A DNA stretch of 64,000 bases from an uncultured Gammaproteobacteria bacterium. GTDB taxonomy: Bacteria; Pseudomonadota; Gammaproteobacteria; UBA4575. Both the position numbers and the translations under genes were made by a program. The DNA is taken from positions 12,380 to 76,379 of the forward strand of contig CAJQLY010000017.1 of assembly GCA_905479295.1 (NCBI GenBank), given 5' to 3'. Below the pieces are notes generated by a model. That model was not told the DNA's origin and made no database searches. It worked only from the letters and a program-made list of their open reading frames with translations. Below, piece after piece: positions 6,440 to 14,162 of this stretch. Position 1 is the stretch's first letter. The number at the start of each line of letters is the position of its first letter.

Positions 6440-7318
6440 CTACTCCTCTGAAAATAAGCGATTATGGGAGCGCACACGATACAGCAGTCGCTGTTGCTGC
6501 GGAATACTACCGTTAGTAAAGGCACTGCGGGAATGCAAGATGTTGTTGCATATCAGGCCTTCACCTGGCTTGAGGCGATAGTCTAAGACAGCTTCACTCT
6601 GTTCAAGCTGTGCGTTAATTTGCTTTACGGCCGCTGCAACGCGGCTGCAAGCCTTCCACTGAATGCTGCGGCTGCGTGCGGTATAGCGCATATTCAGACT
6701 GCCATCATTGGGGTTGTTGAAAAATACAGGCCCACTTTGCACCGGTCTAAGTTCAACGCCATTCTCAATGTTAGCTGGAATCGTCATGCTATCTGTGGCC
6801 ATTAAAGCGTGGCAGAGCTCGGGGTCTTCGTCGTATAACGAGATATAGAGCAACTCATGATTCAGTAGGCGATTACTGCCACCTTCGGCAGCGGCTTGAG
6901 CGCAATGTAAAAGAAAAGAACGGATCTCATGTCCCGGTGGATTGTAATAACCATCGGTATGCCAATTTAAGCGTTGGTCTGAATAGGGGATATAACCTTT
7001 TGTGCGCCCCATAGGCATGACTTGTAGTGTGCTGATACTGTCTTCATCTGCACACAAATTTTGATCTAGCTTGTGCATACCAATTTGTTCGCAAAAACGT
7101 TGTATAATAGTGCGATCAACGGGTTCTGTTTGATTGAACCGATAGATCGCCATATTGTTTTCTGCGACCTGTTTGGTCAACTGTAGGTGCTCGCCCTCGG
7201 TTAGTAGTGAGGGGTTTTGAATGACGATAGCGGGTTCCGTTTTTAGACGAGACCAAGCTGCAAGTTTATGTGCTCGCCATTCTGGGTAATGCTCGAGGTG
7301 ATTGAGCTGAGACTGCAT
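6440..7318 (-). CDS. TauD/TfdA-family Fe(II)/2-oxoglutarate dioxygenase
   Basis: 292 aa. HxD facial-triad motif in LNWHTDGYY, distal His in NNILHSRSAF, and a length typical of the family. Confidence 0.75.
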   Translation of the reverse strand: MQSQLNHLEHYPEWRAHKLAAWSRLKTEPAIVIQNPSLLTEGEHLQLTKQVAENNMAIYRFNQTEPVDRTIIQRFCEQIGMHKLDQNLCADEDSISTLQVMPMGRTKGYIPYSDQRLNWHTDGYYNPPGHEIRSFLLHCAQAAAEGGSNRLLNHELLYISLYDEDPELCHALMATDSMTIPANIENGVELRPVQSGPVFFNNPNDGSLNMRYTARSRSIQWKACSRVAAAVKQINAQLEQSEAVLDYRLKPGEGLICNNILHSRSAFTNGSIPQQQRLLYRVRSHNRLFSEE

Positions 7319-7631
7319 AGAAATCCTGTAGAGTACGGCGCTAGTTGAGACGAAAAATGATTCTAATTACGGTTTATACTCTAAGTTACTGATTTAAAGA
7401 AATAAAAAATGACTCATAAAGTGACGTTTTAGGCCATTTCTGGTCATACAGAGTTGTTTGTTGGCGCCGCGTATATCCCAGTTGAGATAAGGCCCCTACA
7501 GCACCGCACCCCATAGGTAAGGTTTCGATGTTAGGGGGCGCTAACTAGACTCTACGGCATACAACTGGGTTCAAAACTCAGTGCGCTAATGCGTGGAAAT
7601 TAATTCTATTAGGAACGAGGAGAAATACAAA

Positions 7632-8900
7632 ATGGCTAACCAGCATCATGACACTCCAATGCTTGATGAGTTGGAAAATGGGCCTTGGCCTAGCTTCATT
7701 TCTGGCATCAAACGTCTGCGAGACCAGCACTCTGATGAGCGCATCAACGGTATGGCAAACGACTTGCTGGGGCAGCTAGAGCACTCATACGAGACTCGTA
7801 AAGGTTACTGGAAAGGCGGCACCGTCAGTGTCTTCGGATATGGCTCAGGTATTATTCCTCGCTTCTCAGAAGTTGGCAGCTCGTTCCCAGAATCAAAAGA
7901 ATTCCACACACTACGTGTGCAGCCTCCAGCAGGTAACTACTACACTACTGACATGCTACGTCAGCTTGGCGATAGCTGGGAGAAATGGGGTTCAGGTCTC
8001 GTTACTTTCCACGGTCAGACAGGCAACATCATGTTTATCGGTACTACTACTGATAACACTCAGCACTTCTTTGATGAAGTGAACGAATACGGTTGGGACC
8101 TTGGTGGTGCCGGTCCTTGTGTTCGTACCGGTATGTCTTGTGTTGGTGCAGCACGCTGTGAGATGTCTAACATCGACGAAATGCGCATTCACCGCACACT
8201 ACTAAATAACTTTACTGATGACGTTCACCGTCCAGCACTACCTTATAAGTTCAAGTTTAAGGTGTCTGGTTGTGGTAACGATTGCATGAACTCTATTGAG
8301 CGTTCTGATTTTGCGATCATCGGTACTTGGCGCGACAACATGAAAGTCGACCAAGACGAAGTGAAAGCATTCGTTGAAAAGAAAGGCCGTGAATACGTTA
8401 TTGATAACGTAGTAACACGTTGCCCAACGAAAGCATTGTCACTAAAAGATGACAACACTATGGAAGTCGACAACCGTAACTGTGTACGTTGCATGCATTG
8501 CATGAATGTCATGGTTAAGGCGCTTGGCCCAGGTGAAGATAAAGGCGCAACTATCCTAATCGGTGGTAAGCGTACGCTGAAGATTGGTGACTTGATGGGA
8601 ACAGTTGTTGTTCCATTCATGAAGCTTGAATCAGATGAAGATTACGAAAAGCTAACTGAAATGGCTGAAGAGACTATCGACTTCTGGGCTGAGAATGGCC
8701 TAGAGCACGAGCGTTGTGGTGAGATGATCGAGCGTATCGGTCTGGTTAACTTCCTCGAAGGTGTCGGTATTGAAGTTGATCCAAACATGGTCAACGATCC
8801 TCGCCAAAGTTCATACGTGCGTATGGATGATTGGGATCAGGAAGCTGAGAAATGGTTTAACCGTAAAGCTGAAGAAAAAGCAGCTGCTGCTGCAGGTTAG
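7632..8900 (+). CDS. dsrA: dissimilatory sulfite reductase alpha subunit (oxidative type)
   Basis: Start set at ATG 7632, preceded by GAGGAG. Siroheme/[4Fe-4S] Cys motifs CVGAARC and CGNDC, plus a ferredoxin-like insert CPTKAL..CVRCMHC. Followed by dsrB and dsrEFHC. Confidence 0.95.
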   Translation: MANQHHDTPMLDELENGPWPSFISGIKRLRDQHSDERINGMANDLLGQLEHSYETRKGYWKGGTVSVFGYGSGIIPRFSEVGSSFPESKEFHTLRVQPPAGNYYTTDMLRQLGDSWEKWGSGLVTFHGQTGNIMFIGTTTDNTQHFFDEVNEYGWDLGGAGPCVRTGMSCVGAARCEMSNIDEMRIHRTLLNNFTDDVHRPALPYKFKFKVSGCGNDCMNSIERSDFAIIGTWRDNMKVDQDEVKAFVEKKGREYVIDNVVTRCPTKALSLKDDNTMEVDNRNCVRCMHCMNVMVKALGPGEDKGATILIGGKRTLKIGDLMGTVVVPFMKLESDEDYEKLTEMAEETIDFWAENGLEHERCGEMIERIGLVNFLEGVGIEVDPNMVNDPRQSSYVRMDDWDQEAEKWFNRKAEEKAAAAAG

Positions 8901-9039
8901 TCCTAAGCAGTTATCAATAAGTTAAGAGATTAGGTTCGGATAACGAGTCAGTGTAAAGGTAGCCTTTATCGGTTGCCTTATTACTCTAACCAAACCTAAC
9001 CATAAAGATTATTACCCTGAAACTCGGGAGAGATTAATA

Positions 9040-10113
9040 ATGGCATTAGATCTAAGACCACCAATTGAATCAGGCTGTCCAGACGGCTTCCAATACATGC
9101 ATCCAGTGATGCGTAAGAACTATGGCAACTGGGACTACCATGAGCATCCACGTCCAGGTGTATTACTACACGTGGCCAAAGGTGGTGAACAAATTTGGAC
9201 AGTACGTGCAGGTACACAGCGTATTCTTGATGTTTTCACTCTGCGTAAGCTGTGTGACATCGGTGACAAATTTGCTGATGGCTATGTGCGTTTTACTATT
9301 CGCTCAAACATTGAGTACATGATTTCTGAGGAATCTAAAGTACAAGCATTAATCGACGCACTAGAAGCTGAAGGCTTTGTTGTCGGTGGTACTAAGAACT
9401 CAGTAGCTATGATTTCTCACACCCAGGGTTGGTTGCACTGTGATATTCCAGGCACTGACGCATCAGGTGTTGTGAAGGCAATGATGGATGAGTTGATTGA
9501 CGAGTTCCGTGAAAACAACATGCCTAACCGTGTGCACATCACGACTTCTTGCTGCCAGATTAACTGTGGTGGTCAAGGTGATATCGCGATTAACGTTCAA
9601 CATACTAAGCCACCAAAGATTAACCATGACTTAGTTTCAAATGTTTGTGAGCGCCCATCAGTGGTAGCTCGTTGCCCAGTGGCAGCGATTCGCCCAGCTC
9701 AAGTTAATGGCAAGCCATCGTTAGAAGTTGATGAGAAGAAATGTATCTGTTGTGGTGCTTGTTTCCCACCTTGTCCTCCAATGCAAATTAACGATGCTGA
9801 ACATAGTAAGTTAGCTGTATGGGTTGGTGGTAATCACTCTAATGCACGTGGCAAGCCTACTTTCCAGAAATTAGTTGCTGCTGGTATTCCAAATAACCCA
9901 CCACGTTGGCCTGAAGCGACAGCGATTGTTAAGCGTATCCTTGCTGCATATAAAGAAGATGCACGCGATTGGGAACGTATTAACGATTGGATTGAGCGCG
10001 TTGGTTGGCCTCGTTTCTTCGAGCTAACGGGTCTTCCGTTCACTAAGTTCCACATTGATAACTGGAAAGGTGCTCGTCGTAGCTTGAACTCTTCGACTCA
10101 TATTCGCTTCTAA
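9040..10113 (+). CDS. dsrB: dissimilatory sulfite reductase beta subunit
   Basis: 357 aa. Motifs TTSCCQINCGG, CPVAAI and CICCGACFPPCP. Position is directly after dsrA. Confidence 0.95.
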   Translation: MALDLRPPIESGCPDGFQYMHPVMRKNYGNWDYHEHPRPGVLLHVAKGGEQIWTVRAGTQRILDVFTLRKLCDIGDKFADGYVRFTIRSNIEYMISEESKVQALIDALEAEGFVVGGTKNSVAMISHTQGWLHCDIPGTDASGVVKAMMDELIDEFRENNMPNRVHITTSCCQINCGGQGDIAINVQHTKPPKINHDLVSNVCERPSVVARCPVAAIRPAQVNGKPSLEVDEKKCICCGACFPPCPPMQINDAEHSKLAVWVGGNHSNARGKPTFQKLVAAGIPNNPPRWPEATAIVKRILAAYKEDARDWERINDWIERVGWPRFFELTGLPFTKFHIDNWKGARRSLNSSTHIRF

Positions 10114-10127
10114 GAAAAGGGTTTATT

Positions 10128-10520
10128 GTGAAATATGGAATTTTAGTTAACGAGGGTCCGTACACGCATCAAGCGTCAGACTCTGCGTTAGCCTTCACTA
10201 AAGCAGCACTAGAGAAGGGGCACGAGATCTTTCGTGTCTTCTTCTACCACGATGGCGTGAATAACGGCACTAGCCTTGCTATTCCACCACAAGACGATCG
10301 TCACATTCCAAACCAATGGTCGGAATTAGCGAAAGAGTACAATATTGATCTTGTACTCTGTGTTGCGGCAGCACAACGCCGTGGGTTGTTGGATGAAAGT
10401 GAAGCTAAGCGTAATTCAAAAGCTGCAAGTAACATGATTGAGGGTTTCCGAATTTCAGGTTTGGGCCAGCTCATCGAAGCAGGTATCCAAGGCGATCGTA
10501 TGGTCGTTTTTGGCGATTAG
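10128..10520 (+). CDS. dsrE: sulfurtransferase DsrE
   Basis: 130 aa, GTG start. DsrE/TusD family with the conserved Cys in DLVLCVAAA. First gene of the dsrEFH triplet. Confidence 0.9.
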   Translation: MKYGILVNEGPYTHQASDSALAFTKAALEKGHEIFRVFFYHDGVNNGTSLAIPPQDDRHIPNQWSELAKEYNIDLVLCVAAAQRRGLLDESEAKRNSKAASNMIEGFRISGLGQLIEAGIQGDRMVVFGD

Positions 10521-10533
10521 GCCGGAGGATTAA

Positions 10534-10953
10534 ATGGAAGACGGTGATCAGGTAATTAAAAAATTCATGTATATGAACCGTAAGGCTCCTTACGGCACTA
10601 TATATGCGTGGGAATCACTGGAGGTCGTGCTGATTGCTGCGGCTTTCGATCAGGATATTAGTTTGGTATTCGCTGATGATGGTGTTTATCAGTTAATGAA
10701 AGATCAAAATACTGAAGAAGTAGGGATGAAGAATTTTTCTAAAACCTATTCAGCATTAGGTGATTACGATATTAAGAAAATTTATATTGAGCAAGAGTCA
10801 TTAGAAGAACGTGGCTTGAGTTTGGAAGATCTTCAAGGCCTAAAATATGAAGACGAAGATGATGACTGGGCAGAAAAGGATTCTATTATCTTAGTTTCTC
10901 GCGCAGAACTTGCAAAAGTCATTGACGAACAAGATGTCGTCTTTAGTTTCTAG
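10534..10953 (+). CDS. dsrF: DsrF
   Basis: 139 aa. KKFMYMNRKAPYGTIYAWE..FDQD is typical of DsrF/TusC. GGAGGA RBS. Confidence 0.9.
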   Translation: MEDGDQVIKKFMYMNRKAPYGTIYAWESLEVVLIAAAFDQDISLVFADDGVYQLMKDQNTEEVGMKNFSKTYSALGDYDIKKIYIEQESLEERGLSLEDLQGLKYEDEDDDWAEKDSIILVSRAELAKVIDEQDVVFSF

Positions 10954-10964
10954 GGGATTTTAAG

Positions 10965-11273
10965 ATGTCTATGCTACATACAGTAAACAAGAGCCCATTC
11001 GAGCGAAATACTCTCGAGTCTTGCATTAGCCTTGCAGTACCAGGAAGCGCTATCCTTCTTATCGAAGATGGTGTGATCGGAGCAATGGCGAATACTAAGC
11101 ATTCAGAGATGGTCAAAGCGGCAATGGCAAATGTAAAGATTTACGTACTCGGCCCAGATTTAAAAGCGCGTGGGTTGAATGAAGGTAATGTCGTTGATGG
11201 AATTAGCGTAGTTGGTTACGGCGAATTTGTCGATCTAACTACAGAACACTCGGCAGTGCAATCTTGGCTATAA
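10965..11273 (+). CDS. dsrH: DsrH
   Basis: 102 aa. DsrH/TusB family with the conserved Cys in LESCISLA. Confidence 0.9.
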   Translation: MSMLHTVNKSPFERNTLESCISLAVPGSAILLIEDGVIGAMANTKHSEMVKAAMANVKIYVLGPDLKARGLNEGNVVDGISVVGYGEFVDLTTEHSAVQSWL

Positions 11274-11319
11274 ATAGCTGATTTATAGCACTTACAATTC
11301 AATATAGGAGAGAACGAAA

Positions 11320-11652
11320 ATGGCAATTGAAGTAGACGGCCAAAGTTACGAAACTGACGAAGAAGGTTACCTAGAAGACTTAAACCAGTGGCGCCCAGAA
11401 TTGGGTAGCGCAATGGCTTTAGCTGACGGTGCACCTCTTGATGAAAACCACTGGGAAGTTATTAATTTCCTACGTGAGTACTACGAAGAATACCAAATTG
11501 CACCAGCAGTTCGTGTGCTAACTAAAGCTATCGGTAAGAAGCTCGGTAAAGATAAGGGTACAAGTAAGTATCTTTATGAGTTATTCCCTTACGGTCCTGC
11601 AAAGCAGGCTTGTAAGTATGCGGGTCTACCAAAGCCAACTGGCTGCGTATAA
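11320..11652 (+). CDS. dsrC: DsrC, canonical
   Basis: 110 aa. The C-terminal arm QACKYAGLPKPTGCV carries both conserved cysteines. Confidence 0.95.
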   Translation: MAIEVDGQSYETDEEGYLEDLNQWRPELGSAMALADGAPLDENHWEVINFLREYYEEYQIAPAVRVLTKAIGKKLGKDKGTSKYLYELFPYGPAKQACKYAGLPKPTGCV

Positions 11653-11723
11653 GTCCGTCTTAATTATCGGGTGGGTAAAAGCCCATCCGATATTATTTGA
11701 TAGATATAAAAAATATTCTAAAT

Positions 11724-12446
11724 ATGTCGATATTATTTGCTGTTTTATTCTACTTCGCGACTGCAGTTCTAGTCCTTGGAGTGGGATCACGCATTCGAAA
11801 ATACGCGAAAACTCCCGCGCCTCTAAAAATTCCAACAACGCCTGCGCCAACTACGCGCCGTGGTGTTGTGTTCCGTATGATTAAAGAGCTGACTATCTTT
11901 GAAAGCTTGTTTAAATCAAACAAGTGGATCTGGCTATTCGGCTGGCTTTTCCATATGGGCATGTTATTAGTGCTATTACGTCATCTACGCTACTTCACAG
12001 ACCCAGTATGGTCTTGGGTAGTGTTTATTCAGCCGTTTGGCAAATATGCATCGATAGCGATGCTACTAGGCTTAATCGGCCTCTTGGTCCGACGTATTGT
12101 CGTTGACCGTGTGCGATACATCTCTGCACCCTCTGATTTTTTAATGTTGGGACTGTTATTAGTGATTGGTGGAACTGGCGCAATGATGAGTTTTGTCACC
12201 AGTGCTGACATTATCTCACTAAAGTCTTACCTACTTGGCCTGATGGTGTTCGATATTCGCTACCTGCCAAGCGATCCAATTTTGTTGGTGCATCTGGCCT
12301 CAGTTGCTATTTTAATGATCATTTTCCCTATTTCTAAGTTGCTACATGCGCCGGGTATATTCTTTAGCCCAACACGAAACCAAGTGGATAATCCACGTGA
12401 ACGTCGCCATGTTGCTGCATGGGCCATTAAGTTAGAACAGAAATAA
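11724..12446 (+). CDS. dsrM: DsrM, NarI/HdrE-like membrane cytochrome b subunit
   Basis: Hydrophobic multi-helix ORF between dsrC and dsrK. ATG 11724 is preferred over the TTG at 11697 given in the track. Confidence 0.85.
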   Translation: MSILFAVLFYFATAVLVLGVGSRIRKYAKTPAPLKIPTTPAPTTRRGVVFRMIKELTIFESLFKSNKWIWLFGWLFHMGMLLVLLRHLRYFTDPVWSWVVFIQPFGKYASIAMLLGLIGLLVRRIVVDRVRYISAPSDFLMLGLLLVIGGTGAMMSFVTSADIISLKSYLLGLMVFDIRYLPSDPILLVHLASVAILMIIFPISKLLHAPGIFFSPTRNQVDNPRERRHVAAWAIKLEQK

Positions 12447-12462
12447 GAGCAAGGAGCAGATA

Positions 12463-14010
12463 ATGGCCAAAGTTGATTATGAAATTCCAGAGCTAAAAGA
12501 ATACCCAGTTATTCCTAAGCTAAAGAAAGATGCGATGGCGCATAGTGCTCCATATGTTGCTAAGGAAAAATTTCAAACCTCATTAGGTTATGCCGGTGAG
12601 CTAGTCGACAACTGGCAAGAAGTGGCCATCGCTAAGATGGGTGAGTTAACGACTAAGTATCGTTCACTCTCAGTATTCCTTGATTCGTGCGTGAAGTGTG
12701 GCGCTTGTACTGATAAGTGTCATTATTATCTTGGTACGACAGACCCTAAAAACATGCCGGTCGCGCGACAAGATTTATTCCGTAATGTTTACCGTCGTTA
12801 CTTCACGTTAGCCGGTAAGTTAGTACCTAAATTAGTTGGTGCACAAGACTTAACAGAAGAAGTGCTAGATGACTGGTATACCTACTTTCATCAGTGTTCT
12901 CAATGTCGTCGTTGTTCTGTTTACTGCCCTTATGGTATTGATACTGCAGAGATATCAATGGCCGCACGAGAAGTAATGGCGACCGTAGGTAAAGGACAAA
13001 AGTACTGTAACGAAATTATCGGTAAGGCACAGACATTAGGTAATAATTTAGGTCTGCCTGAGCCAGCACTAGCTGACACATTAGAAGGCTTGGAAGAAGA
13101 CGTCGAAGAAGATACCGGCGTTGCTGTTAAATTCCCACTAGATAAAAAAGGCTGTGATGTCTTACTGATCACACCATCGGCTGACTTTTTTGCAGAACCA
13201 CACGTTGATGGTTTAATCGGTTACGCCAAAGTCTTTCATGAGGCAGGTGTCTCATGGACTATGAGTTCTTACGCAAGTGAAGCAGCCAACTTTGGTATGT
13301 TCATTGGTAGTTACGAAAACATGCGTAAATTAGCTTTACGTATTCGTGAGGCAGCTATCGAGCTTGGTTGTAAGCGTATTGTATTTGGTGAATGTGGTCA
13401 TGCATGGCGTGTGGCTTATAGTTTCTTGAATACCTTAGCTGGCCCATTTGATTTCTTAGATCCAGCCTATCCAGTGCCACAGCATATTTGTGAGTTCACT
13501 CACGACTTGATCAGTAAAGACAAGCTTAAGTTTGATAAGTCAGAAAATGATCATATGACACTGACCTTCCATGATTCTTGTAACGTCGCACGTGCTTCAC
13601 GCATGGGTGATGAGGCCGGTGGTCAGTTCACGTTGCCACGCGATATTATCAACGCGACATGCAATAACTTCTATGACATGCCAAAGCATGCCATTAAAGA
13701 AGGAACTTACTGCTGTGGCGGTGGTGGTGGCTTGCTCACTGACGACTTGATGGAATTACGAGTTAAAGGCGCACTTCCACGTATGGAAGCATTAAAGAAT
13801 GTCACTGAGAATAACGGCGTGACACACATGGCAGCGATCTGTGCGATCTGTAAGAGTCAGTTTAGTAAAGTGCTACCGTATTACGGTTTTGAAATGGATC
13901 AGATTGTCAGCGTGCACCAATTGGTCAGCAACGCGATTATCTTAACCAAAGATGAAGATAGTGTAATTGATAATGAAGCTGAAACTGATGACACGGTAGT
14001 AGCAGCGTAA
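12463..14010 (+). CDS. dsrK: DsrK, HdrD-like catalytic Fe-S subunit
   Basis: 515 aa. Motifs CVKCGACTDKCH and CSQCRRCSVYCP, plus a CCG-type motif (YCCGGGGG). Confidence 0.92.
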   Translation: MAKVDYEIPELKEYPVIPKLKKDAMAHSAPYVAKEKFQTSLGYAGELVDNWQEVAIAKMGELTTKYRSLSVFLDSCVKCGACTDKCHYYLGTTDPKNMPVARQDLFRNVYRRYFTLAGKLVPKLVGAQDLTEEVLDDWYTYFHQCSQCRRCSVYCPYGIDTAEISMAAREVMATVGKGQKYCNEIIGKAQTLGNNLGLPEPALADTLEGLEEDVEEDTGVAVKFPLDKKGCDVLLITPSADFFAEPHVDGLIGYAKVFHEAGVSWTMSSYASEAANFGMFIGSYENMRKLALRIREAAIELGCKRIVFGECGHAWRVAYSFLNTLAGPFDFLDPAYPVPQHICEFTHDLISKDKLKFDKSENDHMTLTFHDSCNVARASRMGDEAGGQFTLPRDIINATCNNFYDMPKHAIKEGTYCCGGGGGLLTDDLMELRVKGALPRMEALKNVTENNGVTHMAAICAICKSQFSKVLPYYGFEMDQIVSVHQLVSNAIILTKDEDSVIDNEAETDDTVVAA

Positions 14011-14162
14011 TTAATTTGTACTAAGTATTTAATTTATAAGGGGCGCAAACGATAGCCGAGCAGAGTATACCGGGGACATTTGGGGAAATAATTCCCACCT
14101 GATCCGGGCTTGCGCTAACAAAGTGACCCAACTTATTTAAGAGTTTTAATAGGAGCATTATT

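Noticed and set aside
6436-6525. Extended N-terminus of the 93-aa track ORF overlapping the TauD-like gene
   Set aside because: The 86-nt overlap with the upstream gene is implausible. The internal ATG at 6435, 4 nt after the upstream stop, gives a cleaner coupled arrangement.
7566-7584. tRNA T-arm-like GGTTCAAAACTC near dsrA
   Set aside because: No acceptor stem, anticodon arm or D-arm can be built around it, so it is only a weak 4-bp hairpin.
7593-7631. GTG-initiated 13-codon extension of dsrA, and similar upstream starts for btuB (41127), apbC (48382), the DUF6580-like gene (44601), dsrM (11697) and the DJ-1-like gene (19536)
   Set aside because: In each case a downstream ATG is preceded by a much better Shine-Dalgarno sequence and gives an N-terminus typical of the family (signal peptide or conserved start).
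3481-7631. Search for a CRISPR array or further cas genes near the Cas6-like gene
   Set aside because: I found no regularly spaced direct repeats in the flanking intergenic regions (3481-3807, 4871-5041, 5384-5517, 7319-7631) or elsewhere in the window by eye. No CRISPR feature is reported.
11576-11884. Track ORFs spanning the dsrC-dsrM junction (11576-11884 on + and 11626-11850 on -)
   Set aside because: They are out of frame with dsrC and dsrM, which fully account for the sequence. Their compositions are implausible.
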